Source of the DNA: Octopus vulgaris
Lineage: Eukaryota
NCBI GenBank assembly: GCA_951406725.2
Contig: OX597829.1
Coordinates: 27,156,001-27,220,000, forward strand
Direction of reading: 5' to 3'
DNA length: 64,000 bases
Below, piece after piece: positions 13,341-27,300 of this stretch (position 1 is the stretch's first letter; each line of letters starts with the position of its first letter). Both the position numbers and the translations under genes were made by a program. The notes below the pieces were generated by a model, which was not told the DNA's origin, searched no databases, and worked only from the letters and a program-made list of their open reading frames with translations.

Positions 13341-14719
13341 TAAAGGATAACCTCTTAGTTTTTACCAGAACATGTCACAGTAATAGGGGTAGATAAAGAT
13401 CCTTAGGTGTCATGGGAGTGACCTGTCTGTGCTACCCTGTTGTCTTTAGAATGAATCCTGGAAGATGTGGACTAGGAGAGTACATTCTAAAAGAAAAACA
13501 AGCTGTGTATGTCAGCCTTAAGGTGATTTTGACTGAATTTCTGCTAGCTTCTTGCAGCTGCCAAGAGAAGTTAAGTCTTCTTGGATCCCCTTCACATCAA
13601 AGTTAGTAGTGCTAGGAAATATTTCTGGCACTATTGTAAAGCTTCATTGTGTAAGTGTCAGGGATCATGAATCTTGGATCACAGAAATTTTCATTGTGGT
13701 TGTTTGGATATAATACACATCTGCAACAATGAAATACTGCCACTTATGTCAGTTCTTCATTCATGCAGGCATACAGTAGGTGTAACATTGGTAGTAGCAA
13801 TTGTGATTCTTCAGTTAGTTGTGTATTGCTACTGATCTTTAGATAGTACAAACATTTAAAGATCAGAATTGAAAGAGAAAATGGGCAACATCAAGTTCTA
13901 TGGGCCCCCATAAGCAAGCGTGTAGTGTGTGCCTGTAGTTTAAACTTAATTCTGTTTTCTTGCAATTCAAGATTGGTTGCTACTCACTGCAATCTTCAGG
14001 CAAGAACTATCTTGTGTGATATCTGGGCTAGTGTTATATGTATTGGAGTAGGTTCATGCTTTTATCTCTGGCTGTTGTTTTCATTCGTTGATTTCTAATA
14101 TTAAAATGATGTCTCTAGTTGATATTGCTTTTATATGCTAATTCTTTGGTTGTATTTTCTCATTAGCCAACTTTGTTCTCATGTGACTGTATATGATTTT
14201 TGTTTTGGGATTGTTCACCAATCCTACTTTTTCTGGGGTTGTTTATTTATGTATCATTTGCAATTGCCCAATTCAGTTTTGTCATTGCTTGTCTGTTGCA
14301 TAACCAACCACACCCCATCCTGTTTTTCTAAACTTTGTCATGTTTAGCTAGTTATTTATCACTTGTCCCTTTGTTGGTTCAGTAGTTGTTCTGTATCTGC
14401 CTGTTGGTTATATGATGTATATCCTGTTTTGCTGAACTTATGACCTTTGATAAATTTTTATTTCTGACTGAAGTCACCAAGTCTAAACACAGGAAAATAT
14501 TATCCTTACAAAAAGCTGAGCTATCACTATCTACATACAAATGTTAGAACTATTTGCTTTCAAAATAAAGAGCACTAATAAAGAACCTAGTCAGCAACAT
14601 AATGTTGGAGAATACGATGTCATCTGACAAAATATTATTCAACAAATCAGCACTATTCTGTAATGAAGACCTATATACCTGAAGCCTTACAAATGAACCA
14701 TAAAACAAAATGTATCATT

Positions 14720-15030
14720 TACTTCAATTTACCAATCAGCTTAAACATAGCAACATTGGTAATTAGAGTTAGAATGTTTTTGTTTTCTTCTACAAAACAC
14801 TTCACAGCAGCCATTGAAAGCAAGGACTTGTGTGCTGGAGCATTGCTTTGATGAAACAAAACCCCTTTTGTCAGTTTTCCTGGATGTTTGGTCTTGATAG
14901 CCTTTCATAAATGCCTTAGTAAATATGCTCCATTGATGGTGTGTTCCTTTTGAAAATAGTCAATAAACACAATCCCTTTTGCACCCCAAAAGCTGAGGCC
15001 ATCAACTTCCCTGCAGATGAAATGAGCATT
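14720..15030 (-). mobile_element. mariner transposase remnant
   Basis: Minus strand gives SAGKLMASA(F)..KGIVFIDYFQKEHTINGA, a mariner catalytic-domain pattern, with frameshifts. Confidence 0.55.
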
Positions 15031-15889
15031 TGATCCCTCGAAGAAGATCAAATACTAATGCTGGCACATTACTGTTTAGAGACCTGGTTACTGGAAATTG
15101 AATGCATCCTTACTGGCATGCAAAGGCTACAGAGACTGGATTAGTGAACTAGTTAAGTGGCAGTTGACAGAAGCAATTGTCAACAGCTAGTTTTAGGTCA
15201 CCCTGAAGAAAGCAATTAAAGTAGAATTAATAGCATTTAGCAAAGAGCTAGTAATAGGAAAACAATTGATTAGAGGAAGAATTAATTTACAACCTTGAAG
15301 AAGTGATTTGTAAAGGCATGCTAGTGATGAGAATGGCTCTTCGTGACAAAATACAAAAAAATGGTAGAAACATGACATGGTGTCTGGTACCTAGAATGTT
15401 ATCAGATGCTCACAGCCCTCTACTAGTCAGGTAAGGGGATTGGTTGGCATTACACTAGCAATATATAGAGGATTAGTTGCAGGTAAGTCTGACATTCATT
15501 CTCAGAGAAACTGAATGCCAAAAAAAATGAACAGGCTAGTCTGTTCCAGAGGACCTTCTAGTTAGAGACTACCATAGATATTTTCTAGAAGTTGGCAGTG
15601 CTACAGAGGCAGTTCACTATCAGTTTGAAATAAACTCTACAGGCATGGCTGTACTGTCAGACAGGCTTGTCCAAGATGAATGCAGAGACAAAACCATTCT
15701 GTATACACTGGTTCAATGTCTTGGCATTGCTGACTTTTGGAGTCAATGCTGCTATTGGAGTGGGATGGATGTTTATTAGCTGAGTTCATAGTGATGATTA
15801 CCCCATCACTATTCTTTAACCAGGACAGTCAGGGAGTTTTTCTTTGTCTGGTGGCTATTGCAAAAGTGGTTGTCTAGTGGATGAGGCTG

Positions 15890-16440
15890 AAATGTATGAG
15901 AATAGAGACTTACCTGCTGGGGAAAACAGTGACTGAAACAGTTGACATGCTTCAAGCAACTTACTCGGATGCTGCCATGAGCAAAACACGAGTTACAAAT
16001 GATTTCCATGCTTTAGGAATGGTCACTTGTTGCTTGAAGGCCAATCTCATTCAGGATGACTGTCAACCTCCCGAACAAATGGAAACATGATGAAAACTGA
16101 TGAACTGATTTTAGAGGACCATCACCAAACAATTGAGAAACTTGTTGATATGACTGGTGTATCCTGAAGCTCCTGCCAACAAATTTTGAACAAGCGAATG
16201 AAAAAGTTGCAGCGAAATTTGTGCCTCGCTTGCTTACAAAAAATCAAAGGCAATCACTACTGAATGTGTGACGTGAACTGAAAGAACAGTTGGAAGTTTA
16301 TCTGGACCTTTTTCAAAGGTCATGAAAGCTGGTACTATAGAATTTGCAGATGTGGAAGTGTGGCAGAGGTGAAGAAAAAAACCAATGGAGATGTTAAAAG
16401 GCATCACTTTGCAAGAGTTCCAACACTGCTTCGAATAATT
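15890..16440 (+). mobile_element. mariner transposase remnant (N-terminal HTH region)
   Basis: GKTVTETVDMLQATYSDAAMSKTRV and KVAAKFVPRLL (WVPR/FVPR linker) in broken frames. Confidence 0.7.
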
Positions 16441-16658
16441 GGTGCATTTGAAATGTGTAATATATAATTAAAGAATTAAAGGTAATCCTTATTAATATTG
16501 TTATATATATATATAGGGAGAGTTTATGAAAAAAAACAAAAAAAGACGAAGACAGGTGTACAAAACAAATAGATGTATTAGTATAACGCTCAGGAATAGA
16601 AAAAGTCCTTTACGTTTTGAGCCTACGCTCTTCTACAGAAAGAGACAGAGAAAACATG

Positions 16659-16698
<40 letters not shown>

Positions 16699-16919
16699 CA
16701 CATACTTATACACACTTAATCAACTGAAATTGCAAGGATGATCCGGTTCTTGACTGAAGATAAAAGGCTTCGAATGACCCGTTCATGTTTTCTTTTTGTA
16801 TCGGTTATCTGGATGTTTTGTTGTCCCTTTTTGTATCACCTAGTTGTCCAGATGTTTTGCGTTCTTGTCCCATTTTGTATTTTATTTTATATACATGGCA
16901 GCGTACATACACTTTGTTC

Positions 16920-17570
16920 TCACACACACACACATATATATAATGTGTGTATGCATGTATGTGTATGTGTGTGTATGTATATATGCATGTCTATATATAT
17001 GTGTGTGTATATATGTATGCATATATATGCATGTATATATGTGTGTGTGTGTATGTATGTATGTGTATGTGTGTATATACACGTATGTATATATATATCT
17101 ATATATTTATACATGTCTATGTATATATATGTATATATACATGTCTGTATGTATATATATATATACATATCTGTGTATATACATGTCTGCGTGTATCTAT
17201 ATGTTCATATGTTTGCATGTATATGTGTATGTATATATATGTATATATACATACACATGTGCATACATATATATATACATGCACATTTATTTGTATGTAT
17301 GTGTGTATAGTTATATATGTCTATATATATGTATACATACACATATATGTATTCATACATGTGTGCATGTACATTCATACATGTGTGTGCATGTATATTC
17401 ATACATGTGTGTGTGCATGTACATTCATACATGTGTGTGTGCATGTACATTCATACATGCGTGTGTGTGCATGTATATTCATACGTGTGTGTGCATGTGT
17501 ATTCATACATGTGTGTGCATGTGTATTCATATATATGTATGTGCATGTGTATTCATATATATGTATGTGT
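16920..17570. repeat. Compound (TA/TG/CA)n microsatellite grading into a ~22-24-bp minisatellite
   Basis: Units such as TGTGTGCATGTACATTCATACA are repeated from about 17345 to 17565. Confidence 0.9.
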
Positions 17571-17580
17571 CTGATCAATA

Positions 17581-18425
17581 CGATGTCTGATCAATAAGTA
17601 TCGAGACTGTTGCCATAGTAATGAAGGTAAAGCATGCAGTGTGAAGCTGCTTGGCAAAGATTGAACTTGTATGCTGCTGTGTATGCGCCCTAAGTTTTGA
17701 ACATTGTATTTCATTTCCACTGTTTATAGCAGTACTTAGAAGGAAGATGTGTAATGTATGATTGTGACATTGACTATGACAGAGAAAGTTGTTTTGCCAA
17801 TACCTGCTCACAGGCCTATGCAAAGTTGCAGAAAGTGTATTGAGAGGAGTATATAGGCCACACACAATTGTACGAATGGTTCGGCCGTTTTCATAATGGC
17901 TGAAAAATGTCAGTATTGATGAACATTCTGGGATACCTACAACCAGCAGAACTGAGAAAAGCATCAATGTACATGCAGCTGTAAGGGAAAATCCTCAAAT
18001 CACCATAAGTGAATTATTAGAGGGTATGCAGATCAGTTACAGTTCAATTTAGTCTATTATCACTGAAGATTTGGGTATGAGACCGTTGTCTGCCAAGTTT
18101 GTGCCAAAACTGCTTTCAGCTGACCAAGAAGACACTCAGGTTTCAGTTGCATAAGATCTCCTTTATTGTGTTAAGAATGATGAAAACTTTTTGAATCCTT
18201 TGCATAGGCCTCTGAGCATGCATCACCAAGCTTTAGACAAAATTTGATGCAGATTCTCTGCTCAACTTCCTCTGTCATGGTAAACATCAGAAGTGAGCTA
18301 GAATGTTAAAACGTAGTACGCATGCACACCAGAGTTCAAGGTCAATCTGTGCCAAGTAGCTTCACTCTATGTGCTTTAGCTTCGTTACTATGGCAACAGT
18401 CTGGAAGCGTATTGATCAGACTACA
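17581..18425 (+). mobile_element. Non-autonomous mariner derivative with ~90-bp terminal inverted repeats
   Basis: Left end gtctgatcaataagtatcgagactgttgccatagtaatgaag.. is the inverted match of the right end ..cttcgttactatggcaacagtctggaagcgtattgatcagac. TA flanks; internal LGMRPLSAKFVPKLLSADQ. Confidence 0.8.
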
Positions 18426-18997
18426 TATATCTATATATGTATGCATGTGTAGACATGTATGCGTGTGTGTGTATAGATATGTACGCACACATATCATCAT
18501 CACACTCACATCCACTTTTCCATGCTTACGCAGACCAGATGGAATTACTTGATGTAGCTTTTCTAAGGGTGGATACTATTCATGTCATTGACCCTCACCT
18601 GTTTCTGAACATGGTAATATTTCTCCCTGGCTAGAAATTGTGTGTATGACAGTGACATCAATTTTTCAGTTATTGCATGATGCCAAGTCTATGTGGCACA
18701 CATGCACACACCGCTGTGCACACCCCACTCACATGCTCATATATGATGAGCTTCTTTCAGTTTCTATCTATAAATCTTCTCACAAAGCTTAGAAGCATAT
18801 TGGCTTACCAGTCCCCAGTCAAACCGTCCATGCCATGCCAACATGGAAAACGGGCGTTAAACGACGACAATGATGATTATATATATAATACATATATATA
18901 TATATCAGAGGTTAGAACTGAAATCCTTCAAAGATAGTCTACACCTACATTTTTTTCGTTTGTTTATACTTTTTATATATATATATATATATATATA

Positions 18998-19514
18998 TCT
19001 ATATATATAAAACTGTAGTTGTGGGAGTGTCTGTCCCCTTCGATTTAGATTCCTAACTACTCCCACATTTTGCGGTGCAGTTTAACCAAATTCGGGTATC
19101 TTATAGTCGTGATTCATATCGAGCCCTTCTGGGTATTAGCGCGCGTCTACGATGAGTGTACGATTTTAAAAATAATTTAACATAATTTTTTATTCCATTT
19201 TAATGCATAATTTTTCGTGTGTCGATGGCGGCGGAGTTGGCGTCCACGCTCACATCTGCACCTGTTTGCTTCTCCCTCGTGAAGCTGTGGGGAAGGGAGT
19301 GTAAGGAAATCAACGTCGTAAAGCGTTGTCAAGGAGACCAGCATTCTTTTAGAACAACGACTTCATGGCTTGAAGACACTGAGTCAACGATTTAAAAAAA
19401 AAATTACCATCACTTTTTATTCCATTTTTAATGTATTTTTTGCTATAACTCTCTAAAAATGCTTATATAGTTATTTCCCTTACTAACCCGAGCAACGCCG
19501 GGCAATACTGCTAG
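18998..19514 (+). mobile_element. Non-autonomous Helitron, copy 1
   Basis: A|TCTATATATATAAAAC 5' end; 3' hairpin CCCGAGCAACGCCGGG followed by AATACTGCTAG|T; no TSD. Confidence 0.82.
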
Positions 19515-20029
19515 TATATATATAAAACTGTAGTTGTGTGAGTGTCTGTCTCCTACGATTTAGATTCCTAACTCCTCCCACATTTTGCGGTGCAGTTTAA
19601 CCAAATTCGGGTATCTTATAGTCGTGATTAATATCAAGCCCGTCTGGCTATTAGCGCGCGTCTACGATGAGTCTACGATTTTAAAAATAATTTAACATCA
19701 TTTTTTATTCCATTTTAATGCATAATTTTTCGTGTGTCGATGGCGGCGGAGTTGGCGTCCACGCTCAAACACCTGCACCTGTGTTTGCTTCTCCCCCTTC
19801 TTCCCTCCCTCGTGAAGTTGTGGGGAAGGGAGTTTAAGGAAATCAACGTCGTAATGCATTGTCAAGGAGACCAGCGTTCTTTTAGAACAACGACTTCATG
19901 GCTTGAAGACACCAAAACAGAAATGGCTAAGAAAGCCCGAATTGGCATCTATAAAGGAAGTAACTCTCTAAAAATGCTTATATAGTTATTTCCCTTACAA
20001 ACCCGAGCAACGCCGGGCGATACTGCTAG
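19515..20029 (+). mobile_element. Non-autonomous Helitron, copy 2 (head-to-tail with copy 1)
   Basis: Near-identical body to copy 1, with the same 3' hairpin and CTAG|T end. Confidence 0.82.
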
Positions 20030-20107
20030 TCTTTATATATATATATAGTCATTGGTGTGTCTTCGTGGGCTAAGTTTCAATGCAAGTTAACACTTATAGC
20101 TTACAGC

Positions 20108-21218
20108 ATGTATGTATGCATATCTAAACGTGTGTGTATGCATATCTAAACTTGTGTGTATGTACGTTTATACATGTGTTTGTGTGTGTGTACGTACGTA
20201 TATCTATACATGTGTGTGTGTACGTTTATCTATACATGTATGTGTGTGTATATATATACATGTGTGTATGTGTGTGTATATATATACATGTGTGTATGTG
20301 TGTGTATATATATACATGTGTGTATGTGTGTGTATATATATACATGTGTGTATGTGTGTGTATATATACACATGTGTGTATGTGTGTGTATATATACACA
20401 TGTGTGTATATATACACGTGTGTATGTGTGTGTATATATACACATGTGTGTATATATACACGTGTGTGTGTGTGTATATATACGTGTGTGTATGTATGTA
20501 TGCGTGTGTGTATGTGTGTGTATATATACGTGTGTGTATGTGTGTGTATATATACGTGTATGTATGTGTGTGTATATATGCGTGTGTGTGTATATATACG
20601 TGTGTGTGTGTATATATACGTGTGTGTGTGTATATATACGTGTGTATGTGTGTGTATATATACGTGTGTGTATGTGTGTATATATACGTGTGTATGTGTG
20701 TATATATACGTGTGTGTATGTGTGTATATATACGTGTGTATGTGTGTGTATATATACGTGTATGTGTGTGTATATATACGTGTGTATGTGTGTGTATATA
20801 TACGTGTGTATGTGTGTGTATATATACGTGTGTATGTGTGTGTATATATACGTGTGTGTATGTGTGTGTATATATACGTGTGTATGTGTGTATATATACG
20901 TGTGTATGTGTGTATATATACGTGTGTATGTGTGTATATATACGTGTGTATGTGTGTGTATATATACGTGTGTATGTGTGTGTATATATACGTGTGTATG
21001 TGTGTGTGTATATATACGTGTGTATGTGTGTGTATATATACGTGTGTGTATGTGTGTGTATATATACGTGTGTGTATGTGTGTATATATACGTGTGTGTA
21101 TGTGTGTGTATATATACGTGTATGTATGTGTGTGTATATGTATACAAGTGCATATGTGTGTATGAGTATATATACACGTGTGTGTATACATGCGTGTGTG
21201 TATGTGTATGTATACACA
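20108..21218. repeat. Compound microsatellite/minisatellite with a ~22-26-bp unit TGTGTATGTGTGTGTATATATAC(A/G)
   Basis: Higher-order periodicity is directly visible; source of the spurious 330-390 aa ORFs. Confidence 0.95.
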
Positions 21219-21474
21219 AGGTTTCATGTCCTTATTTTCTTTTTGTGGTCAATTTTTATCTGTTTTGTAAATTTCATTAACAGCTAGGTTATATTTCGTA
21301 TGCAAGGAAATATTAAAAGAATAGTGTGAGGTAAGGGAAATAATTTGGCTAGACTTCTGGTCTTTTTAGCATTCAAACATATTTGCTATCATAGGCACAC
21401 CAACATATGCTCATAATCTGGGTAGCAGACATGGTTAGAAATAAACTGAATCAAGGGAAATAATTCAATGCACC

Positions 21475-21812
21475 TTTTATCTTCTTTCAGTCATTGGACT
21501 GTGGCCATGCTGGGACACTACCTTGAAATTTTAGATGAATGAATTGACCCCAGTACTTTTTTTAAAACCTGGTGCTTCTTCTAGCTGTCTCTTTTGCTGA
21601 ACTACTAAATTACAAGGGTGTAAACACAGCAACACCAGTTGTCAAGCCATGGTTAGGGGGCAAACACAGTCACAAAAGCACACACACGATGTGCTTCTTT
21701 CAGTTTCCCTCTAATAGATCCCACTCACAAGTCTTTGTCCAGCCTGAGGCTATAAAAAAAGACACTTGCTTAAGGTGCCAGGCAGTAGGATTGAACCCAG
21801 AAGCATGTAGTT
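21475..21812 (-). mobile_element. tRNA-headed SINE (degenerate copy of the 32438-32844 family)
   Basis: tttcagtcattggactgtggccatgctgg ... cttctttcagtttcc ... ggattgaacccagaagcatgt. Confidence 0.7.
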
Positions 21813-22039
21813 GAGGAATAATATATGCATATGAGAGGTAAATTCATATGCATATATGACTGCACCAAAAGGTATTCCTTTTAGTGCAGTCTTCTCTTGA
21901 AAGTATTTAATTCTGGTCTCCAGTTTGAGAATATTACCCTGCTGTCCTTCCTGTCTTTTAGACCTTATAAAAGGATAATTTCTACTGCTGCCACCTTGAC
22001 CAAAAGATGAGTGCGCATGTGTGTGTGTGTGTGTGTGTG

Positions 22040-22700
22040 TAGTACTCTGTTAGTGTTCATACATACTAACATTACACAGCCTTGGACATGCTTGTCTCAT
22101 TTCTTTCTAAACTTCTCAACTCTTTTGCATTCAAAACCTATGCCTTACTACCATGCTGCATAACAATTTTAATGCAAGCATAGTACAATATAATCTTCAC
22201 TCTGAGAGAAAAGACCTTTGTTGCCAACAGAGGTAATAACTTCATTGACTTCCTTCATAAGATACAACTTCAGATTTGTCTTCATCACTTTGTTCCAAGT
22301 TTCTTTGGTTTCCCCTCTTTTACGTGCTCAATTTCTCTTTGAATGTGCAACATTTTTTTATATAGTTATCTTTCATATGCATAACATGCCCATACTAAAG
22401 TAGTCTTTTCACCTATACACTACACATGAATTCCTATATTCAGTTTTTCTCTGAGCCCACTTGTGCCCCCAGTGTTCATACACACTAATGTTACAAATCC
22501 TGTATGCATGCTCACTTTATTTCTCTCTTTGTAAGGCCCATATTTCACTACCATTCATCATTGCACTTCATACACAAGCATCATGCAATCTAGCATTCAC
22601 TCTGAGAAAAATACCACTTTTGTGCCAGCAGTGGTAACAGCTTCTTTGAATACTACCCAGCCAGTTCTTATTATGTCTACTATGCTTTCTGAACAACTAA
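22040..22700 (-). mobile_element. Two old RTE-like RT C-terminal remnants
   Basis: Minus strand gives RVNARLHDACV*SAMMNGSEIWA (22535-22605), with a parallel degenerate copy at ~22130-22240. Confidence 0.45.
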
Positions 22701-23026
22701 ATCCATTTTACTCTTTTCTTTTTTCAAAATACAACACATCTTGATGTTACAGGCTACCATCAGTCTCCCTTGATTCTATTTTATAGATGTGTATGTGAGA
22801 TAATCGTTAGCACACTGATTTGGCAACATTTCTACTGGCTTTACATTTTGAGTTCAAATTCTACCAGCTTTAGCTTTGCCTTTTAACCTTTGAATATAGG
22901 TATCTCATATTAAGTAACAGTTTAGCACTGGAGTTGATGTAATCAACCACCTCCTCTCCACAAAATTACAAGCCTTGTACTTGTTGTAGAAAGAATAAAT
23001 ATGTATGTACATGTGTGTATGTATGT

Positions 23027-23410
23027 ATTGGGTTGGCCAAAACATTCAGTTGCTTATTTCCTTTCTGCATGCAAACTTGTTAGATACCTGACACACTAAC
23101 CTAGTTCAATGCAAACTTGCAATGAGATGAGTTGTATTGTGTGCTTGGCATCACCCTGAAAATGAAGAACCAAAATGAACACTATTGACACCTCATGCTT
23201 TATTTTTAAAAAGGCAAGAATGCAATGCAAACCTGCAGGAAGATATTTCCTTTGTATAGGAAGAATGCCGTTACTGTCTTGGAGTATGTGTGCTAGAAGT
23301 GGTTTACAGGATTTCAATTGGGAAATTTTTCTGTTCAAGATGCACCTCACTCTGGCTAGCCATCAGAAATGAACAAAATGGAGTTAGTTGAGACCGACCT
23401 CAGTTATACA
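23027..23410 (+). mobile_element. mariner 5' remnant
   Basis: TATTGGGTTGGCCAA TIR-like start; broken frames give HLMLYF/KKGKNA..TCRKI..KWF. Confidence 0.55.
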
Positions 23411-23449
23411 AGGATGATTGCATATATACTCCAAATATCTAGATTGTAT

Positions 23450-24150
23450 TCCTGGTAGGTGACATCAACTTCCTCAACATCAGGTGGTCTGAGGGTGACA
23501 TACACCCAGGAATGACACACAAACAGCAAAATCAAGCAGAATCTCAACTTGATCTTACAAAAATGCTATTCATGGAGCAGATCATACTCTCTCCAACTAG
23601 GCACAAAAATATCCTACACTTCTGTTTTACAATGTGGAAATTATCCACATTGTGAATTCATCACTGACAATATTCTCAGACCATAACATGATGGAACTGA
23701 CAATGTATGGCCTGGAATTAACTAAAGATAAACTTCGCACAGGTGGTGCTGAAACACTATCCAGCCTAAATTTCTATATGGCTAACTGGAAGTCACATGA
23801 AAAACAGATACTCTGGCAGGGCTGGCCTAAAAAACCTCTCTTTGCAAGACATAGATATGAAACTCAACAAAATCATGTCAATAATGCGAACCATACGAAC
23901 CATGCGAACCATGCAATATGTCCCAAAGAAGAGAGCCATTACACACAAAAACACCATTCCCTGAGACAGAAGTATTCTCATGAAGTGGAGAATAAAGATC
24001 TTATTGAAATAAACACTTCAGTGACAGTGTGAAATTCCACTTGAAAGGGAGACTCTTCGAGATTGGAAATAAATTCATTCTCCCATGAAAAAGAAAGGGA
24101 AGAAAGAGAAACCTGGACAGTTGAAATTATAAAATGAACTTCTAAAGCTT
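23450..24150 (+). mobile_element. LINE APE-endonuclease remnant
   Basis: GDINF (23458) and SDHNMMEL motifs of non-LTR retrotransposon endonucleases; frameshifted. Confidence 0.55.
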
Positions 24151-24364
24151 TCTCCATTCTGTGAAACGATCATAAGATGCTTTAAATAATTAATTCAGAA
24201 CTTTTAAACTATCATATACATTATAAATTTATGCTTAAACATATTTACATATATTTTTATACATATTTATATTTATTTCTTTATATATTTTTAATACAAC
24301 AATTATTTTACACTCGTGTATATCTTTCTGAGGAGTTTTGATATTGATTTCATAATATTGATAA

Positions 24365-27300
24365 TATATATATATATGTATGTATGTATGTATGTGTGTG
24401 TGTGTATATATGTGTGTGTGTGTGTGTGTGTATATATGTGTGTGTGTGTGTATATATGTGTGTGTGTGTGTGTATATATATATGTGTGTGTGTGTGTGTG
24501 TATATATGTGTGTATATATATGTGTGTGTGTGTGTATATATGTGTGTGTATATATGTGTGTGTGTATATATGTGTGTGTGTATATATGTGTGTGTGTATA
24601 TATGTGTGTGTGTATATATGTGTGTGTGTATATATGTGTGTGTGTATATATGTGTGTGTGTATATATGTGTATGTGTGTGTGTGTATGTGTATGTATGTA
24701 TGTGTATGTATGTATGTGTATGTATATATACGTGTGTATGTATATATACGTGTGTATGTATATATACGTGTGTGTGTATGTGTATATATGTGTGTGTATA
24801 TGTGTATGTGTGTATGTGTATGTATGTATGTGTATATGTGTATGTATGTGTATGTATGTATGTATATGTGTATGTATATATATGTGTATGTATGTATATG
24901 TGTATGTATGTATATGTGTATGTATATATATGTGTATGTATATATATGTGTATGTATATATATGTGTGTGTATGTATATATATATGTGTATGTATGTATA
25001 TATATGTGTATGTATGTATATATGTGTGTATGTATGTATATATGTGTGTATGTATGTATATATGTGTGTATGTATGTATATGTGTGTGTATGTATATATA
25101 TGTGTATGTATGTATATATATGTGTGTATGTATGTATATGTGTGTATGTATGTATATGTGTGTATGTATGTGTATATATGTGTGTATGTATGTATGTATA
25201 TATGTGTGTATGTATGTATGTATATATATGTGTGTATGTATGTATGTATATATATGTGTGTATGTATGTATGTATATATATGTGTGTATGTATGTATATA
25301 TATATATGTGTGTATGTATGTATATATATATATATGTGTGTATGTATGTATATATATATATGTGTGTATGTATGTATATATATATATGTGTGTATGTATG
25401 TATATATATATATGTGTGTATGTATGTATATATATATATGTGTGTATGTATGTATATATATATGTGTGTATGTATGTATATATATATATGTGTATGTATG
25501 TATATATATATATGTGTGTATGTATGTATATATATATATGTGTATGTATGTATGTATATATATGTGTATGTATGTATATATATATGTGTGTATGTATGTA
25601 TATATATATATGTGTGTATGTATGTATATATATGTGTATGTATGTATATATATATGTGTATGTATGTATGTATATATATATGTGTGTATGTATGTATATA
25701 TATATGTGTGTATGTATGTATATATATATGTGTGTATGTATGTATATATATATGTGTGTATGTATGTATATATATATGTGTGTATGTATGTATATATATG
25801 TGTGTATGTATGTATATATATGTGTGTATGTATGTATATATATGTGTGTGTATGTATGTATATATATGTGTGTGTATGTATGTATATATATGTGTGTGTA
25901 TGTATGTATATATATGTGTGTATGTATGTATATATATGTGTGTATGTATGTATATATATGTGTATGTATGTATGTATATATATGTGTATGTATGTATGTA
26001 TATATATGTGTATGTATGTATGTATATATATGTGTATGTATGTATGTATATATATGTGTATGTATGTATGTATATATATGTATGTATGTATGTATATATA
26101 TGTGTATGTATGTATGTATATATATGTGTATGTATGTATGTATATATATGTGTATGTATGTATGTATATATATGTGTATGTATGTATGTATATATATGTG
26201 TATGTATGTATGTATATATATGTATGTATGTATGTATGTATATATATGTGTATGTATGTATGTATGTATATATATGTATGTATGTATGTATGTATATATA
26301 TGTGTATGTATGTATGTATGTGTATGTATGTATGTATATATATGTGTATGTATGTATGTATATATATGTGTATGTATGTATGTATATGTGTATGTATGTA
26401 TGTATGTATATGTGTGTTGTATGTATGTATGTATATGTGTGTGTATGTATGTATGTATATGTGTGTGTATGTATGTATGTATATGTGTATGTATGTATGT
26501 ATATATATGTGTATGTATGTATGTATGTGTATGTATGTATGTATGTGTATGTATGTATGTATGTATATGTGTATGTATGTATATATATATGTGTATGTAT
26601 GTATGTATATATATGTGTATGTATGTATATATATGTGTATGTATGTATGTATATATATATGTATGTATGTATGTATGTATATATATGTGTATGTATGTAT
26701 GTATATATATGTGTATGTATGTATGTATATATATGTGTATGTATGTATGTATATATATATGTGTATGTATGTATGTATATATATATGTGTATGTATGTAT
26801 GTATATATATATGTGTATGTATGTATGTATATATGTGTATGTATGTATGTATGTATATATGTGTATGTATGTATGTATATATATGTGTATGTATGTATGT
26901 ATATATATATGTGTATGTATGTATGTATATATGTGTATGTATGTATGTATGTATATATGTGTATGTATGTATGTATATATATATGTGTATGTATGTATGT
27001 ATATATATATGTGTGTATGTATGTATATATATATATATGTGTATGTATGTATATATATGTGTATGTATGTATGTATGTATGTATATGTGTATGTATGTAT
27101 ATATATATGTGTATGTATGTATGTATATATATATGTGTATGTATGTATGTATATATATATGTGTGTGTATGTATGTATATATATGTGTGTATGTATGTAT
27201 GTATATATATGTGTGTATGTATGTATGTATATATATATGTGTATGTATGTATGTATATATATATGTGTATGTATGTATGTATATATATATGTGTATGTAT

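Noticed and set aside
16515-16920. Possible Penelope-like terminal fragments (also ~6330-6590 and ~59380-59520)
   Set aside because: They look repetitive and partly resemble each other, but no diagnostic coding or ribozyme motif was seen, so they are left unclassified.
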